Translations under genes and position numbers: made by a program
Source of the DNA: an uncultured Gemmatimonadales bacterium
GTDB lineage: Bacteria > Gemmatimonadota > Gemmatimonadetes > Gemmatimonadales > GWC2-71-9
Direction of reading: 5' to 3'
Assembly: GCA_963798915.1 (NCBI GenBank)
Contig: CAWCVB010000014.1
Span: 64,001 to 128,000 of the forward strand
DNA length: 64,000 nt
Shown here: piece by piece, positions 46,323 through 57,297 of the stretch
Layout: each line of letters opens with the position of its first letter
Position numbering within the stretch: the stretch's first letter is position 1
The notes under the pieces: generated by a model
Database searches by the model: none
What the model was told of the DNA's origin: nothing
Seen by the model: only the letters and a program-made list of their open reading frames with translations

Positions 46323-48103
46323 GCCAGCTCGAGGAGCCGCTCGGCCGGGCCTATGATGCTCGGCTCTTCCGCCGCCTCATCGGCTACCTGCGACCCCACC
46401 TGCGACTGGCCTCCGGCGCACTGGTGCTGCTGCTGGTGAGCGCCGGCCTCGCACTGGTCGGTCCGCGGCTGACGCAGTACGCGCTGGATGTCGCCATCCC
46501 GGCACGCAATGTCGGCCTGCTCGGGAATCTTGCGATTCTCTACCTGCTGGCCCTGCTGCTCGACTTTCTGGCGGACTATGGGCAGACCCTCCTCACGACG
46601 CTGATCGGGCAGCGGGTCATGCTGGATCTCCGCACCAGGATCTTTGCGCACCTCCAGCGCTTGTCGGCCAGTTTCTTCGACCGGAATCCGGTGGGCCGGT
46701 TGATGACCCGGGTCACCAGCGATGTGGAGACCCTCAACGAGCTGTTCTCGTCGGGACTGGTCACGGTCTTCGGGGACATTTTCACCTTGCTGGCCATCAT
46801 GGGCATGATGCTGCTGATGAACTGGCGCCTGGCCCTGGTGGCGTTCAGCGTGATCCCGCTCGTGTGGCTCACTGCGTCCGTCTTCCGGAAGCATGTCCGG
46901 GAGGCCTTCCGCGACATTCGGATCCGGCTGGCCCGGCTGAACGCCTACCTGCAGGAACAGCTTTCGGGCATGCGCATCGTCCAATTGTTCCGGCGCGAGC
47001 CGGCCTCCTACGATGAATTCGATCGGCTGAATCGCTCGCATCTCGACGCGCACCTGCGCTCGATCCGGGTCTACGCGGTGTTCTTTCCCGTGGTGGAGTT
47101 TCTCTCGTCGCTGGCGCTGGCACTCCTCCTCTGGTACGGTGGTTTGCGCGCCCTTGGAGGCACCCTCACGGTCGGGGTACTGGCCGCGTTCATTCAGCTG
47201 ACCCGTCGCTTCTTCCAGCCGCTTCAGGACATCTCCGAGAAGGTGAACCTGCTGCAAGGGGCGATGGCCTCGAGTGAGCGGATCTTCCAGCTGCTCGACG
47301 AACCCGTCACTGTCGATGAGGCGGCGCACCCGCACTCGCTGCCGAGCCCGGTTCGCGGCGAGGTCCGGTTCGAGGACGTCTGGTTCCGGTATTCCGACGA
47401 CGGGCCCTGGGTGCTCAAGGGTGTCAGCTTTGTGGCCGCGCCTGGTCGTACCTTGGCGATCGTCGGGCATACCGGAGCCGGAAAGACAACGGTGATCAGT
47501 CTCCTGCTGCGGTTCTACGAGCCGACCCGGGGGCGCATCACCGTGGACGGTCTGGACATCCGGGACATTTCGACGCACGATCTCCGGGGGCTGATCGGGT
47601 TCGTACAGCAGGATCTCTTCCTGTTTTCGGGCGACCTGCTGCGGAACCTGGTGCTCGACGCCCCGGTCTCCGAGGCCGAGGCGGAGGCAGCAGCCGAACG
47701 GGTGGGGGCGGACCGGTTCATTCGGCGCCTGCCGATGGGGTACCGCCACCAGCTCGCCGAGCGGGGCCGCAACCTCAGCATGGGTGAGCGGCAATTGCTC
47801 AGCTTTGCGCGGGCCCTGGCCCGGAACCCTCGCATTCTCGTGCTGGATGAAGCCACCAGCTCGGTGGACGCAGAGTCCGAGGCGCAGATCCAGCAGGCCA
47901 TTGCCGAGCTCATGGAGGGACGGACGGCAATTGTGGTCGCCCACCGCCTCAGCACTATTCTTCACGCCGACGAGATCCTGGTCTTTCACCACGGAGAGAT
48001 CCGTGAGCGGGGAAGCCACCAGGCGCTGCTGGAGCAGCGGGGACTCTACCAGCGGCTCTACCTGCTCCAGGTCCGTGGGGCCGAGGACCGGCGAAGTGCC
48101 TGA
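46319..48103 (+). CDS. ABC transporter permease/ATP-binding fusion
   Basis: TM domain; GHTGAGKT, LSMGERQ, ILVLDEATS, AHRLST. Confidence 0.93.
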   Translation: MSQLEEPLGRAYDARLFRRLIGYLRPHLRLASGALVLLLVSAGLALVGPRLTQYALDVAIPARNVGLLGNLAILYLLALLLDFLADYGQTLLTTLIGQRVMLDLRTRIFAHLQRLSASFFDRNPVGRLMTRVTSDVETLNELFSSGLVTVFGDIFTLLAIMGMMLLMNWRLALVAFSVIPLVWLTASVFRKHVREAFRDIRIRLARLNAYLQEQLSGMRIVQLFRREPASYDEFDRLNRSHLDAHLRSIRVYAVFFPVVEFLSSLALALLLWYGGLRALGGTLTVGVLAAFIQLTRRFFQPLQDISEKVNLLQGAMASSERIFQLLDEPVTVDEAAHPHSLPSPVRGEVRFEDVWFRYSDDGPWVLKGVSFVAAPGRTLAIVGHTGAGKTTVISLLLRFYEPTRGRITVDGLDIRDISTHDLRGLIGFVQQDLFLFSGDLLRNLVLDAPVSEAEAEAAAERVGADRFIRRLPMGYRHQLAERGRNLSMGERQLLSFARALARNPRILVLDEATSSVDAESEAQIQQAIAELMEGRTAIVVAHRLSTILHADEILVFHHGEIRERGSHQALLEQRGLYQRLYLLQVRGAEDRRSA

Positions 48104-48178
48104 TCGGATGCTTGCGCGGCCAATTCGCGGCCAAGTACGTTTGGGCAGCTCTCAATCATGTGGATGGGCGGCCCTCGG

Positions 48179-49426
48179 ATGATCCAGCTTGATGTCGGTG
48201 GACGGCGCTACGGCGTCGCTGCCGGTGAAATGATTATTGGCTCGGGTGATGCGGTGGCCATCCCGCTCTATGAGACGGGTGTGTCCAGCCACCACGCGAT
48301 CGTGCAGGGCTGGGCCGACGGGTCAGCGGCCGTCCGGGCGGTTGATGGCGCTGAGGTGACGGTCAATGGCATTCGGCTGGGCGCCGATCCCACACCACTC
48401 CTCCATGGGGACAAGGTCGTGATCGGCAGACAGGAGATTCTCGTCGTGGATGAAGCGTTGTCGGGACGCACGCGGATCGGACCGGCTCTGGCCGGGCCGG
48501 CGTCGGTGCCTGAGGATGGCGCTCGGGTTGTGTGCCTGACCGACGGCCGCGAGTACCGGATCGGCAGCCGGCCGCTCGTGTTCGGTCGCGAGGCCGGCGC
48601 CGACATCGTGGTACCGGGTGACAATGTGTCGCGGCGGCACGCCGAGCTCCATCGCGACCCGGCCGGGTTTCTCCTGCTGGACGCCAGCGCCAACGGCGTC
48701 CTGGTCAACGGTGAGCGAGTCTCCGGCGAGGTCCGGCTCAAGGGTGGGGACCTGATCCGCATCGGCAATGAGGAATTCCGCTTCCACGCCGGCCAGGCGC
48801 CCCCGGCCGGCGCCCACCAGCGGCTGAGCGATACCATGTTCGGCATGGCGGCGTTCCGGCCGCCGGTGGCTGAGCCCGAGGCTCGAGCGGCCGTGCCGCT
48901 CGCCGCTGTACTTTTCCGGTCCGGTCCGACCAAGGGAGAGCGGGTGCTCCTGTCGGTCCCGGTGATCAACGTGGGCCGGGCCGATTACAATGATCTCGTG
49001 CTGGCCGATGCGAGCGTCAGTACCATGCATGCCAAGATCCAGCGCCGGGGCGGCATCTGGATCCTGGCGGACCTGGGTTCCACCAACGGGACGTTCATGG
49101 AGGGCGAACCGGTGGTGGGCGAAGTCGCGCTCGCGCCGGGGGCCACTATCCGTTTCGGTGAAGTCGCGGTGTTGTTCGAGCCGCTCGACGACGCACCGGC
49201 AACCGAGCCCGACGGCACGCACACGATGGAGCGAGTCGTCGTCGAGCCGTCTTCCCGGCCCGTGGAGTCTGTCCGCGCGCCCGCGCCAAGGGCTGCGGCC
49301 GTCCGCAAGCCGGCTCCGCGCCGGCCGGCGCCAACTGAACCGCGCCGTCCCAGGTCCTGGATCACGCTGGCTGTGCTGATTGCGGTGGCGGCCGGACTCG
49401 CGGCCTACCTCCTGCTGTCGCGCTAA
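48179..49426 (+). CDS. Protein with three FHA domains and C-terminal membrane anchor
   Basis: VSSHHA, GR..VSRRHA..SANG, GR..VSTMHA..STNGT; C-terminal TM. Confidence 0.88.
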   Translation: MIQLDVGGRRYGVAAGEMIIGSGDAVAIPLYETGVSSHHAIVQGWADGSAAVRAVDGAEVTVNGIRLGADPTPLLHGDKVVIGRQEILVVDEALSGRTRIGPALAGPASVPEDGARVVCLTDGREYRIGSRPLVFGREAGADIVVPGDNVSRRHAELHRDPAGFLLLDASANGVLVNGERVSGEVRLKGGDLIRIGNEEFRFHAGQAPPAGAHQRLSDTMFGMAAFRPPVAEPEARAAVPLAAVLFRSGPTKGERVLLSVPVINVGRADYNDLVLADASVSTMHAKIQRRGGIWILADLGSTNGTFMEGEPVVGEVALAPGATIRFGEVAVLFEPLDDAPATEPDGTHTMERVVVEPSSRPVESVRAPAPRAAAVRKPAPRRPAPTEPRRPRSWITLAVLIAVAAGLAAYLLLSR

Positions 49427-49435
49427 CGGAGGCAC

Positions 49436-50206
49436 GTGCACTTTTCCTGCGCCGCCCGGACCGACGTTGGCGTCGTTCGCTCGGGCAACGAAGACAACTT
49501 CCTCATGCTGGCCGACCGCGGCATCTTCATCGTGGCGGATGGCATGGGCGGCCACGCCGCGGGCGAGGTTGCCAGCGAAATGGCTGTTCGCATCGTTGCG
49601 GACGAGCTCGGGTCGTATCGAGGGTTGTCGGATGACGAGATTGCCAACCGGATGCACAACGCGATCCGGAAGGCCAACGAGGCGATCTTCTCGCGCACGC
49701 TGTCTGAACACGACAAGCGTGGCATGGGAACCACCCTCACCGCACTCCTGCTCCTGCCCAATCGCTACCTGATCGGGCAGGTCGGAGACAGCCGGGCCTA
49801 CCTGCTCCGCAGCGAGCGCCTCAAGCAGCTGACCAAGGACCACAGCTACGTGCAGGAGCAGGTTGATGCCGGGCTCCTGACGGCGGAGCAGGCGCGGGTG
49901 CACCCGTACAGCAACGTGATTACCCGTTGCGTAGGCGCCGGCATGGACGTGACGCCCGACATCTATTTTGGCACGCTGGAGTCCGAGGACCTGCTGCTCC
50001 TCGCGTCGGACGGGCTCACCGGCATGCTCGAGGACGAGCAGCTGCGCCGGCTGCTCCAGGCCAACGGCGGCCCGCAGCATTCGGTGGACCAGATGATTGC
50101 CGAAGCCAACCGTCGCGGCGGCCTGGACAACATTACGGCCATCGTCATCCGGATCGAGACCGCCGCCACGCCATCCGGCGAGCACCCGGCCGTCCCGGCG
50201 CGCTGA
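49436..50206 (+). CDS. PP2C-type Ser/Thr phosphatase (Stp1/PrpC family)
   Basis: RSGNED, VADGMGGH, MGTT, VGDSRAY, DHS, SDGL, GGLDNIT. Confidence 0.93.
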   Translation: MHFSCAARTDVGVVRSGNEDNFLMLADRGIFIVADGMGGHAAGEVASEMAVRIVADELGSYRGLSDDEIANRMHNAIRKANEAIFSRTLSEHDKRGMGTTLTALLLLPNRYLIGQVGDSRAYLLRSERLKQLTKDHSYVQEQVDAGLLTAEQARVHPYSNVITRCVGAGMDVTPDIYFGTLESEDLLLLASDGLTGMLEDEQLRRLLQANGGPQHSVDQMIAEANRRGGLDNITAIVIRIETAATPSGEHPAVPAR

Positions 50207-50251
50207 CCCCGCGCCGGGCGCGGGGCAGCCGCAATCCCGCGCGCCAATCTG

Positions 50252-51331
50252 CTAGCGCGAATCTCCCTTCGGAAACCTGACCTTGTCCGGTGCGGCCCGC
50301 AGCCGACCGATGATCTCCGCGGTGAGCCGCGACCGCAACTCTCCGGCTCGCTTGGGATCCACCAGGTAACGGACGAACGGCTCCAGCCAGGTATTCTGGC
50401 TGACGCGCACCATGACGACCGGGTGCTCCCGGATCGTCAGCCGGTCCACCGGCGTGTTGGCCAGCAGCGCCCGCACCTGCTCCACTCGCTCCACCATCGC
50501 CGGCCCCAGCTCCTCAGTCACGACCTCCCGCATTGTGCCGGTGACAAACGCCAGGTTGCTGTCGTAGCCGACCTGGACGGCGATCTCGTTCCAGATATAG
50601 GGAAACAGCGGCCACGAGTAATTGTACACCGCCGAGGTGAGCACGTTCGCATTGGGAAACTTGATCAGCCGGCCACTGGGATGGTCGGTTGAGACATAGG
50701 GACCGCCGAACTCCCACAGCGTGGTATCGAGATACCCGACGTCCAGCACGTCACCCGTCGTGTCGCCGATCTGGATGCGGTCGCCCACGCGATAGGGCTC
50801 CCGCGCCAGGATGTAGATCCACCCGATGAAACTGGTGATCGGCGTCTGGAGCGCAAACCCCAGCACCAGGGACAGCAGCCCGAGCGAGACGACGGCCGCG
50901 TACCAGTTCCGGAAGATCACCGAGATGGCGATGAACGCGATAATGAGTGTCGCCACCAGCCGCACGATGCGCCGCAGATTGTACCGGGAGACATCGTCGT
51001 CCATCCGGTCGATCAGGAAGACGCGGGCCGCCTTCGCGATGGCGAGGACCAGCAGCGCGAACATGACGCCACGGGTGAGCCGCTGGGCAATCAGCAGGTA
51101 GGGAGCCAGCAGTCCGGGCGGCCGGAATCGCAGGAGATAGAGGATGACGGCAAGCGCGATGAGCGTCGCGCCATATGCCGCGAGCGCCAGTTTATGGCGC
51201 CGCTCCACCGGCGGTGGTGCCGGCTTCCGGCCCCCGGCCTGCCGCAGGCCGCGCCGGATTTCCTCCTGGCTCGGAGCTGCTTCGGTGGGTGGCTGGGGGT
51301 ATCCCGCGTCGGGGGCGTCGGGGGTTGGCAT
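50252..51331 (-). CDS. Small-conductance mechanosensitive channel family protein
   Basis: LGFALQ, PYRVGDRIQIG, GDVLDVG, FPNANV. Confidence 0.88.
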   Translation of the reverse strand: MPTPDAPDAGYPQPPTEAAPSQEEIRRGLRQAGGRKPAPPPVERRHKLALAAYGATLIALAVILYLLRFRPPGLLAPYLLIAQRLTRGVMFALLVLAIAKAARVFLIDRMDDDVSRYNLRRIVRLVATLIIAFIAISVIFRNWYAAVVSLGLLSLVLGFALQTPITSFIGWIYILAREPYRVGDRIQIGDTTGDVLDVGYLDTTLWEFGGPYVSTDHPSGRLIKFPNANVLTSAVYNYSWPLFPYIWNEIAVQVGYDSNLAFVTGTMREVVTEELGPAMVERVEQVRALLANTPVDRLTIREHPVVMVRVSQNTWLEPFVRYLVDPKRAGELRSRLTAEIIGRLRAAPDKVRFPKGDSR

Positions 51332-51435
51332 GCGCAGCGATCTCGCGGTGCAGGGGGAGGTGTCCCACCACAGGGTGGTGGCTCGGGGCCCATCAGCAAT
51401 GTAAAGACTGGCCGGACCCGTTCCCGTGCGCCCGC

Positions 51436-52701
51436 TTACATGCGCCCGGCCCAGCCACGCACCTCGTCACGCGGCATCTGGATCACTTCGATGACTCGTT
51501 CGAGGGCCAGCGACACCGGAATCGCGGTGAAGACCCGCAGCCGGCGCGCGCTCTGGTACAGTTCGCCGGCCACTCTTGGCAGACCGAGATGCCCGGCCCT
51601 TCCAGCATCCGTCAAGCGCTCCACCGCGCCACCCCGAAGCCGAAGCGGCAGGTTCACGGACAGCATCGAGGGCCGGGCAGGAAAGTCGAGCAGCAATTGC
51701 CCCGGGGCGAGCCCGACCTCCCGACCCAGCGCGTCTTCGGCCAGTTCCAGCGTCACGGCATCGCCGTCAAGCCAGGCCGCACCGCCGTCGGGCACGTCGC
51801 TGGCCGGTACGTCCCAGAGCCGCTTGTAGAGGCGCCGTTCACGCACGGCGCGGGCCAGCCCGAGCGGATCGCAGGTCATGAGCACCTCCATGAATGCGTC
51901 GTCAGTGAAGCCGGCAATTCCTGACATGTCGAGGGCGCCAGCCTCGAGCGCGGCGCGCGCGGCCCGCTTGAACATGCATGTCGCCGAGCGAACGGCATGA
52001 TGCCAGTACACGTTGCGGTACATCTGGTACTTGGCGAACAGCAGCGACTCCAGTGCACTCACGCCTTTTTCGTGGACGCCCATCTCGCGGCGCTGTGCGC
52101 CGTGTACCACGGTCAAGGCAGCGAGCAGTCGATCGACGTCAACCGTGCCATAGGGAACGCCGCACATCCGGGCATCCCGGCTCAGGTAGTCGATCTTGTC
52201 GAGGTCCAGACTGCCGCTGATCAGTCCCTGCAGGGGACTCGCACTCCGACCCCGGATCAGCGCACCGATCTGTTCGGTGAGCTGCGACCCTCCCAGCTGC
52301 CGAAGCGCCTCGCCCAGCGTGCCGTCGGGCAGGCGGGCCACGCCCTGGGCCTCGTGCGAGGGGAAGCCCGCTTCCTCCAGTGCGTGGGAAAAGGGATAAT
52401 GGCCGATATCGTGCAGGAGCGCGGCCAGCCGGACGGCGAGGCGCTCATCGTTGGGCACGGCGTCCAGCTCGCCCCGGTCTGACAGGGAGCTGAGCGCGCG
52501 ACAGGTGAGGTGATACGCGCCAAGCGCGTGTTCAAAGCGGGTGTGCGTCGCACCGGGATAGACCAGGAAGGCATGGCCCAACTGCCGGATGTAGCGGAGT
52601 CGCTGCACCGGTGGAGTGTCGAGCACGGCCAGCGCCGCGGGATCGAGCCGGATGTTGTCCCACAGCGGGTCGCGGATGACGTCGGGATCAGGACGCGACA
52701 T
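51436..52701 (-). CDS. HD-domain phosphohydrolase (dNTP triphosphohydrolase-like)
   Basis: QRLRYIRQLG, HTRFEH, LLHDIGHYPFSH, DLDKIDYL, VYWHH. Confidence 0.9.
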   Translation of the reverse strand: MSRPDPDVIRDPLWDNIRLDPAALAVLDTPPVQRLRYIRQLGHAFLVYPGATHTRFEHALGAYHLTCRALSSLSDRGELDAVPNDERLAVRLAALLHDIGHYPFSHALEEAGFPSHEAQGVARLPDGTLGEALRQLGGSQLTEQIGALIRGRSASPLQGLISGSLDLDKIDYLSRDARMCGVPYGTVDVDRLLAALTVVHGAQRREMGVHEKGVSALESLLFAKYQMYRNVYWHHAVRSATCMFKRAARAALEAGALDMSGIAGFTDDAFMEVLMTCDPLGLARAVRERRLYKRLWDVPASDVPDGGAAWLDGDAVTLELAEDALGREVGLAPGQLLLDFPARPSMLSVNLPLRLRGGAVERLTDAGRAGHLGLPRVAGELYQSARRLRVFTAIPVSLALERVIEVIQMPRDEVRGWAGRM

Positions 52702-52743
52702 GGCTTGCCCTGACGGTTCCCGACCGGCGCATGAGGAGAGCTC

Positions 52744-54342
52744 TCAGGCCCGCGGTCCCGCGGCCTTCACGTCCTCCGGCACGTCCTGGAATTGCTGGAA
52801 GTTGTCCCGGAACATCGCGGCGAGCTTCCTGGCCTGGGCATCGTACGCCGCGACGTCAGACCACGTGCTTCGCGGATCGAGCACGTCAGCCGGGCAGCCC
52901 GGCACGCTCACCGGCACCTCGACACCAAAGACCGGATCCTTCCGGAACTCGGCCCGGTCCAGCGCGCCACTGAGCGCGGCACTCACCATGGCGCGCGTAT
53001 GCGCCAGCTTCATTCGGGTGCCCGAGCCATAGGGCCCGCCGGTCCAGCCGGTGTTCACCAGCCAGACCGGGACGTTGTGCCGGGCTATCCGTTCGCCGAG
53101 CATGCGGGCGTACTGTCCTGGCGGCAGCGGGAGGAACGGCGCGCCGAAGCAGGCCGAAAAGGTGGCCGACGGCTCGGTCACGCCACGCTCGGTGCCGGCC
53201 ACCTTGGCGGTATAGCCGGAGAGGAAGTGGTACATCGCCTGCTCGGGCGTGAGGCGCGCAATGGGCGGCATCACGCCATACGCGTCGGCCGTGAGCAGGA
53301 CGATATTACGGGGAATGCCTCCCACGCCGCCCGGCACGTGATTGGCGATGTAGTCGATCGGATAGCAGGCCCGGGTGTTTTCGGTGATCGCATCCGAATC
53401 ATATTGAACTTCACGGGTCGCCGCGTCCAGCATGACGTTCTCCAGCACGGTGCCAAAGCGCCGGGTGGCGCTCCAGATGGCCGGCTCGGTCTCGGCGCTG
53501 AGCCGGATCACCTTGGCGTAGCAGCCCCCCTCGAAGTTGAACACGCCCGTGTCGCTCCAGCCATGCTCGTCGTCGCCAATCAGGCGGCGCTCGGGGTCGG
53601 CCGAGAGCGTGGTCTTGCCGGTGCCGGACAGCCCGAAGAACACCGCCGAGTCGCCATCCTTGCCGATGTTGGCGGAGCAGTGCATCGAGAGGATGCCCTG
53701 CCTCGGCATCAGGTAGTTGAGGACGGTAAAGATCGATTTCTTCATTTCGCCGGCGTACCGGGTGCCGGCAATGATGATCATCTTCCTGGCGAAATTGATG
53801 GCGATCACCGTGCTGCTGCGGCACCCGTGCTTCGCCGGACTGGCCTCGAAGTCGGGTGCATGCAGCACTGTGAACTGCGGCTCGAACTCCGCCAGCGCGG
53901 CACGTTCGGGGCGGATGAACATGTTGCGCACGAAGAGCGCGTGCCACGCGCTGGGCGTATAGAATCGCACCGGCAGGCGGCTGGCCGGATCGGCCCCGCC
54001 ATAGAGGTCCTGCACGAACAACTCGGCGTCGCCCAGATAGGCCCGGACGTCCGCGTGCAGGCGGTCAAAATCCTCCGTCTTCATGCGGCCGTTCTTGGCC
54101 CACCAGATATCGGCACTGCTGCCGGGTTCGTCCACCACGAACTTGTCCTTGGCTGAGCGGCCGGTGTGGGGCGCCGTCTCGGCCGCGAACGCACCGCAGT
54201 CGGTCAGCCGGCCCTCGTGGCGGCGGAGGGCGTGCTCGACCAGTTCCGGTTCGGAGAGGTTCGCGTGAATCGTCTGTGCCGGGATCGCCTGACGATGCGC
54301 GGGTGTGGCATCGGCACGGATGGCGGTGGGTTCGGTGGCCAT
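52744..54342 (-). CDS. pckA: Phosphoenolpyruvate carboxykinase (ATP)
   Basis: [43 protein letters not shown]. Confidence 0.96.
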   Translation of the reverse strand: MATEPTAIRADATPAHRQAIPAQTIHANLSEPELVEHALRRHEGRLTDCGAFAAETAPHTGRSAKDKFVVDEPGSSADIWWAKNGRMKTEDFDRLHADVRAYLGDAELFVQDLYGGADPASRLPVRFYTPSAWHALFVRNMFIRPERAALAEFEPQFTVLHAPDFEASPAKHGCRSSTVIAINFARKMIIIAGTRYAGEMKKSIFTVLNYLMPRQGILSMHCSANIGKDGDSAVFFGLSGTGKTTLSADPERRLIGDDEHGWSDTGVFNFEGGCYAKVIRLSAETEPAIWSATRRFGTVLENVMLDAATREVQYDSDAITENTRACYPIDYIANHVPGGVGGIPRNIVLLTADAYGVMPPIARLTPEQAMYHFLSGYTAKVAGTERGVTEPSATFSACFGAPFLPLPPGQYARMLGERIARHNVPVWLVNTGWTGGPYGSGTRMKLAHTRAMVSAALSGALDRAEFRKDPVFGVEVPVSVPGCPADVLDPRSTWSDVAAYDAQARKLAAMFRDNFQQFQDVPEDVKAAGPRA

Positions 54343-54350
54343 AGGCTCCT

Positions 54351-56648
54351 TCACGGTCGTGAACGGACTGGGGGATGGCCGGCCGCGCGGCCGCGCTCCA
54401 GCGCGTCCACCGCGGCGATCACCCCCATGTTGACGATATCATCCACACCCGAATCGCGTTCGAGCACGTGGACCGGGGCTGCCAGCCCCACCAGGATGGG
54501 GCCGATCGAATGGGCGCCCCCGAGGCGGCCCAGCAGCTTGTAGCCGATGTTGGCCGCGTCCAGATCGGGAAAAATCAGCACGTTGGCCGGTCCCTGCAAC
54601 CGGTTGAAGGGATACCGCTTCTGCAGGAGCGACTCCAGCACCGCCGTGTCGGCCTGCATCTCCCCATCCACCTTGAGGTTGGGGCGCAGGCGATGGAGCC
54701 GCTCGACCGCGTCGGCGACCTTCTGCTGGCTGGGGTGACGGACCGACCCGAAATTGCTGAACGAGAGCATTGCGACCCGCGGCTCGATGCCAAGGGAGGT
54801 CACGAATCCTGCCGCGGCAACCGCAATCTGGGTGAGCCGTTCCGCATCCGGCTCGATGTTCACGGTGCAGTCGGCGAAGAAATAGACCTCGTTGGCCGTC
54901 ACCATCATGTAGATCCCGGCCAGCGCCGCATCGGGCGACGCGCCTACTGCCTCGATGGCGGGACGAAGCGCGCGCGGATAATGCTGGTTCTCGCCCAGGA
55001 CGACGGCATCGACATCCCCTTCGGCCACCGACATCGCCCCGAAATATTCCGGCTGCAGCAGGCGGCGGTCCGCCTCGCGCCGGGTGACTCCGCGTCGTCG
55101 CCGGCGTTCCCAGAAGCGCTCGGCGTACACCTCGCGCCGATCCGACGTGGCCGGGTCCATGATCGTGAGACCGGCCAGTCCAACGTCCGCCTCCCGCGCG
55201 GCCGTCTCGATACTGTTCCGGTCGCCGACCAGCACCGGCTCGGCAATACCCTCATCCGCCAGGATGCGGGCGGCCCGGATGACGCGGGCATCGTCCGCAT
55301 CGGTCAGCGCCACGCGCTGCGGGTCGGCGGCTGCGCGATTCATCAGCCCGCGCATCACTGCCCGTCCGTGACCCAGGCGGGACTCGAGACGGGAGCGGTA
55401 TTCGTCCAGATCGAGCAGCTCGGTGGCCACGCCGGAATGAATAGCCGCCCAGGCCACGGCCGGCGCCACCCAGAGGAGCACGCGCGGGTCGAACGGCTTG
55501 GGGATGAGGTAGTCCCGCCCGAACCGGAGCGAGGGCAGGTTGTAGGCCCGCAGTACCACCTCCGGTACATCGTCCCGTGCCAATGCCGCCAGCGCTCGTG
55601 TGGCCGCCATCTTCATTTCTTCGTTGATGGCGCGCGCGCGCACGTCGAGCGCGCCACGGAAAATGAAGGGAAAGCCCAGGACGTTGTTCACCTGGTTGGG
55701 GTAGTCGGTGCGGCCGGTCGCAATGACCGCGTCGGGCCGGACCTCACGCACCACGTCGGGCATGATCTCGGGCGTCGGATTGGCCAGCGCAAAGACGATC
55801 GGATCGGGCGCCATGCGGCGGATGAGGTCCGCACTCACCGCCCCCGCGGCCGACAGGCCCACAAACACGTCGGCGCCTTCGAACGCCTCCTCCACCGTGG
55901 CCGGCGCCGCCGGGTTGGCAAAGCGGGACTTGTAGGCGTCCAAGGTCCCGCGCCCGGGACGGATCACGCCATGATGATCGCACATGATGACATGCTCACG
56001 CTGCACGCCCAGCCGCACGTAATGTTCGGCGGTTGCGATGGCGGCGGCGCCGGCGCCGACAAACACGACCCGGACGTCGGCCAGCGCCCGGCCGGTGACC
56101 TCGAGCGCGTTGAGGAGCGCGGCCCCCGAAATGATGGCCGTGCCGTGCTGGTCATCATGGAAAACCGGGATGGACAGCGTCTCGCGCAGGCGCTCCTCGA
56201 CGATGAAGCAATCGGGCGAACGGATGTCCTCCAGGTTGATCCCGCCGACCGCCGGCTCCAGCATCTGGCAGAATCGAATGATCTCCTCGGGATCGGGCGC
56301 GTTGATTTCGAGGTCGAACACGTCGATGTCCGCGAACGTCTTGAAGAGAACGCCCTTGCCCTCCATGACCGGCTTGCCTGCCATCGGCCCGATGTTGCCC
56401 AGTCCTAAGACTGCCGTGCCGTTGGAGACGACTGCAACCAGGTTGCCCTTGGCGGTATAGCGGTACACATCCTCCGGGCGCTCCTGGATGGCGAGGCAGG
56501 GCTCCGCGACGCCCGGCGTATAGGCAAGCGAGAGATCGCGCTGGTTCTGGGTCGGTTTGGTGGCGACTACCTGGATCTTGCCGGGGCGGCCTTCCTCATG
56601 GTAGCGAAGCGCGTCGGCGCGGCGATCGGGGCCGGAAGACGGGTTCAG
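54351..56648 (-). CDS. maeB: NADP-dependent malic enzyme fused to PTA-like domain; probable CTG start
   Basis: [52 protein letters not shown]; conserved N-terminus lies upstream of the GTG at 56468. Confidence 0.92.
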   Translation of the reverse strand: MNPSSGPDRRADALRYHEEGRPGKIQVVATKPTQNQRDLSLAYTPGVAEPCLAIQERPEDVYRYTAKGNLVAVVSNGTAVLGLGNIGPMAGKPVMEGKGVLFKTFADIDVFDLEINAPDPEEIIRFCQMLEPAVGGINLEDIRSPDCFIVEERLRETLSIPVFHDDQHGTAIISGAALLNALEVTGRALADVRVVFVGAGAAAIATAEHYVRLGVQREHVIMCDHHGVIRPGRGTLDAYKSRFANPAAPATVEEAFEGADVFVGLSAAGAVSADLIRRMAPDPIVFALANPTPEIMPDVVREVRPDAVIATGRTDYPNQVNNVLGFPFIFRGALDVRARAINEEMKMAATRALAALARDDVPEVVLRAYNLPSLRFGRDYLIPKPFDPRVLLWVAPAVAWAAIHSGVATELLDLDEYRSRLESRLGHGRAVMRGLMNRAAADPQRVALTDADDARVIRAARILADEGIAEPVLVGDRNSIETAAREADVGLAGLTIMDPATSDRREVYAERFWERRRRRGVTRREADRRLLQPEYFGAMSVAEGDVDAVVLGENQHYPRALRPAIEAVGASPDAALAGIYMMVTANEVYFFADCTVNIEPDAERLTQIAVAAAGFVTSLGIEPRVAMLSFSNFGSVRHPSQQKVADAVERLHRLRPNLKVDGEMQADTAVLESLLQKRYPFNRLQGPANVLIFPDLDAANIGYKLLGRLGGAHSIGPILVGLAAPVHVLERDSGVDDIVNMGVIAAVDALERGRAAGHPPVRSRP

Positions 56649-56655
56649 GAGATCC

Positions 56656-57297
56656 TCATTGACTGATGGTGACGTTGGTGGGCCAGTGATACATCAGCTG
56701 CACGGTATTCCGGTCCCGGATGCTCGGCAGGGGGACGGTGGGAACCGAGAACATGATATCCAGCGGATCCGGCGAGTGGCGAAGGATGCCCAGCGCGTGG
56801 CCCAGCTCATGAATGGCCACGATGTTGAAACATGCCTGGGTATTTTCCTGATCCGGCAGAAATCTTGGCGCAATGTAGATGTGGATGGGCAGCGTCAGCA
56901 CCCGGGTATCGGGATCGAGACGAATGTCCGTTGCGCCCTGGCAGGCGTCGGCCGCGCCGAACAGTTCGGCGCCGGCGGGCGGAAACCCGATCACGACCAG
57001 GATGTCTGCGCGCGATGAATCGTCCACCAGCGCGCCCTCGAACTCATGGTACAGGAACTGGCGGCGCCAGACCTGGACCGCAGAGTCCACATGGACCCGC
57101 ATGTTGAGCGAGTCGTGTGCCCAGATGGCCAGCGGCATCCGGCTGGTGGGCCAATGGAAGGAGATCGTGTCACCAGGGGCAAGGACCTGGCGGAATTCGT
57201 AGAGATCGCCGCGGGTAGGCGAGCCAATGTCGGCGCAGGCGGCCAGCAGCGTGCAGGCGCCAATCAGGACGCTGCGAACATGGGCGCGGGTCGTCAT
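56656..57297 (-). CDS. Matrixin-like zinc metalloprotease lipoprotein
   Basis: Lipobox LAAC; HELGHALGILRHS followed by Met-turn DIMF. Confidence 0.85.
   Translation of the reverse strand: MTTRAHVRSVLIGACTLLAACADIGSPTRGDLYEFRQVLAPGDTISFHWPTSRMPLAIWAHDSLNMRVHVDSAVQVWRRQFLYHEFEGALVDDSSRADILVVIGFPPAGAELFGAADACQGATDIRLDPDTRVLTLPIHIYIAPRFLPDQENTQACFNIVAIHELGHALGILRHSPDPLDIMFSVPTVPLPSIRDRNTVQLMYHWPTNVTISQ

Noticed and set aside
46079..56408. Long antisense ORFs (46079..48019, 48323..50185, 52792..54156, 54375..56408)
   Set aside because: Typical stop-poor shadows of GC-rich genes on the opposite strand; no recognisable motifs.
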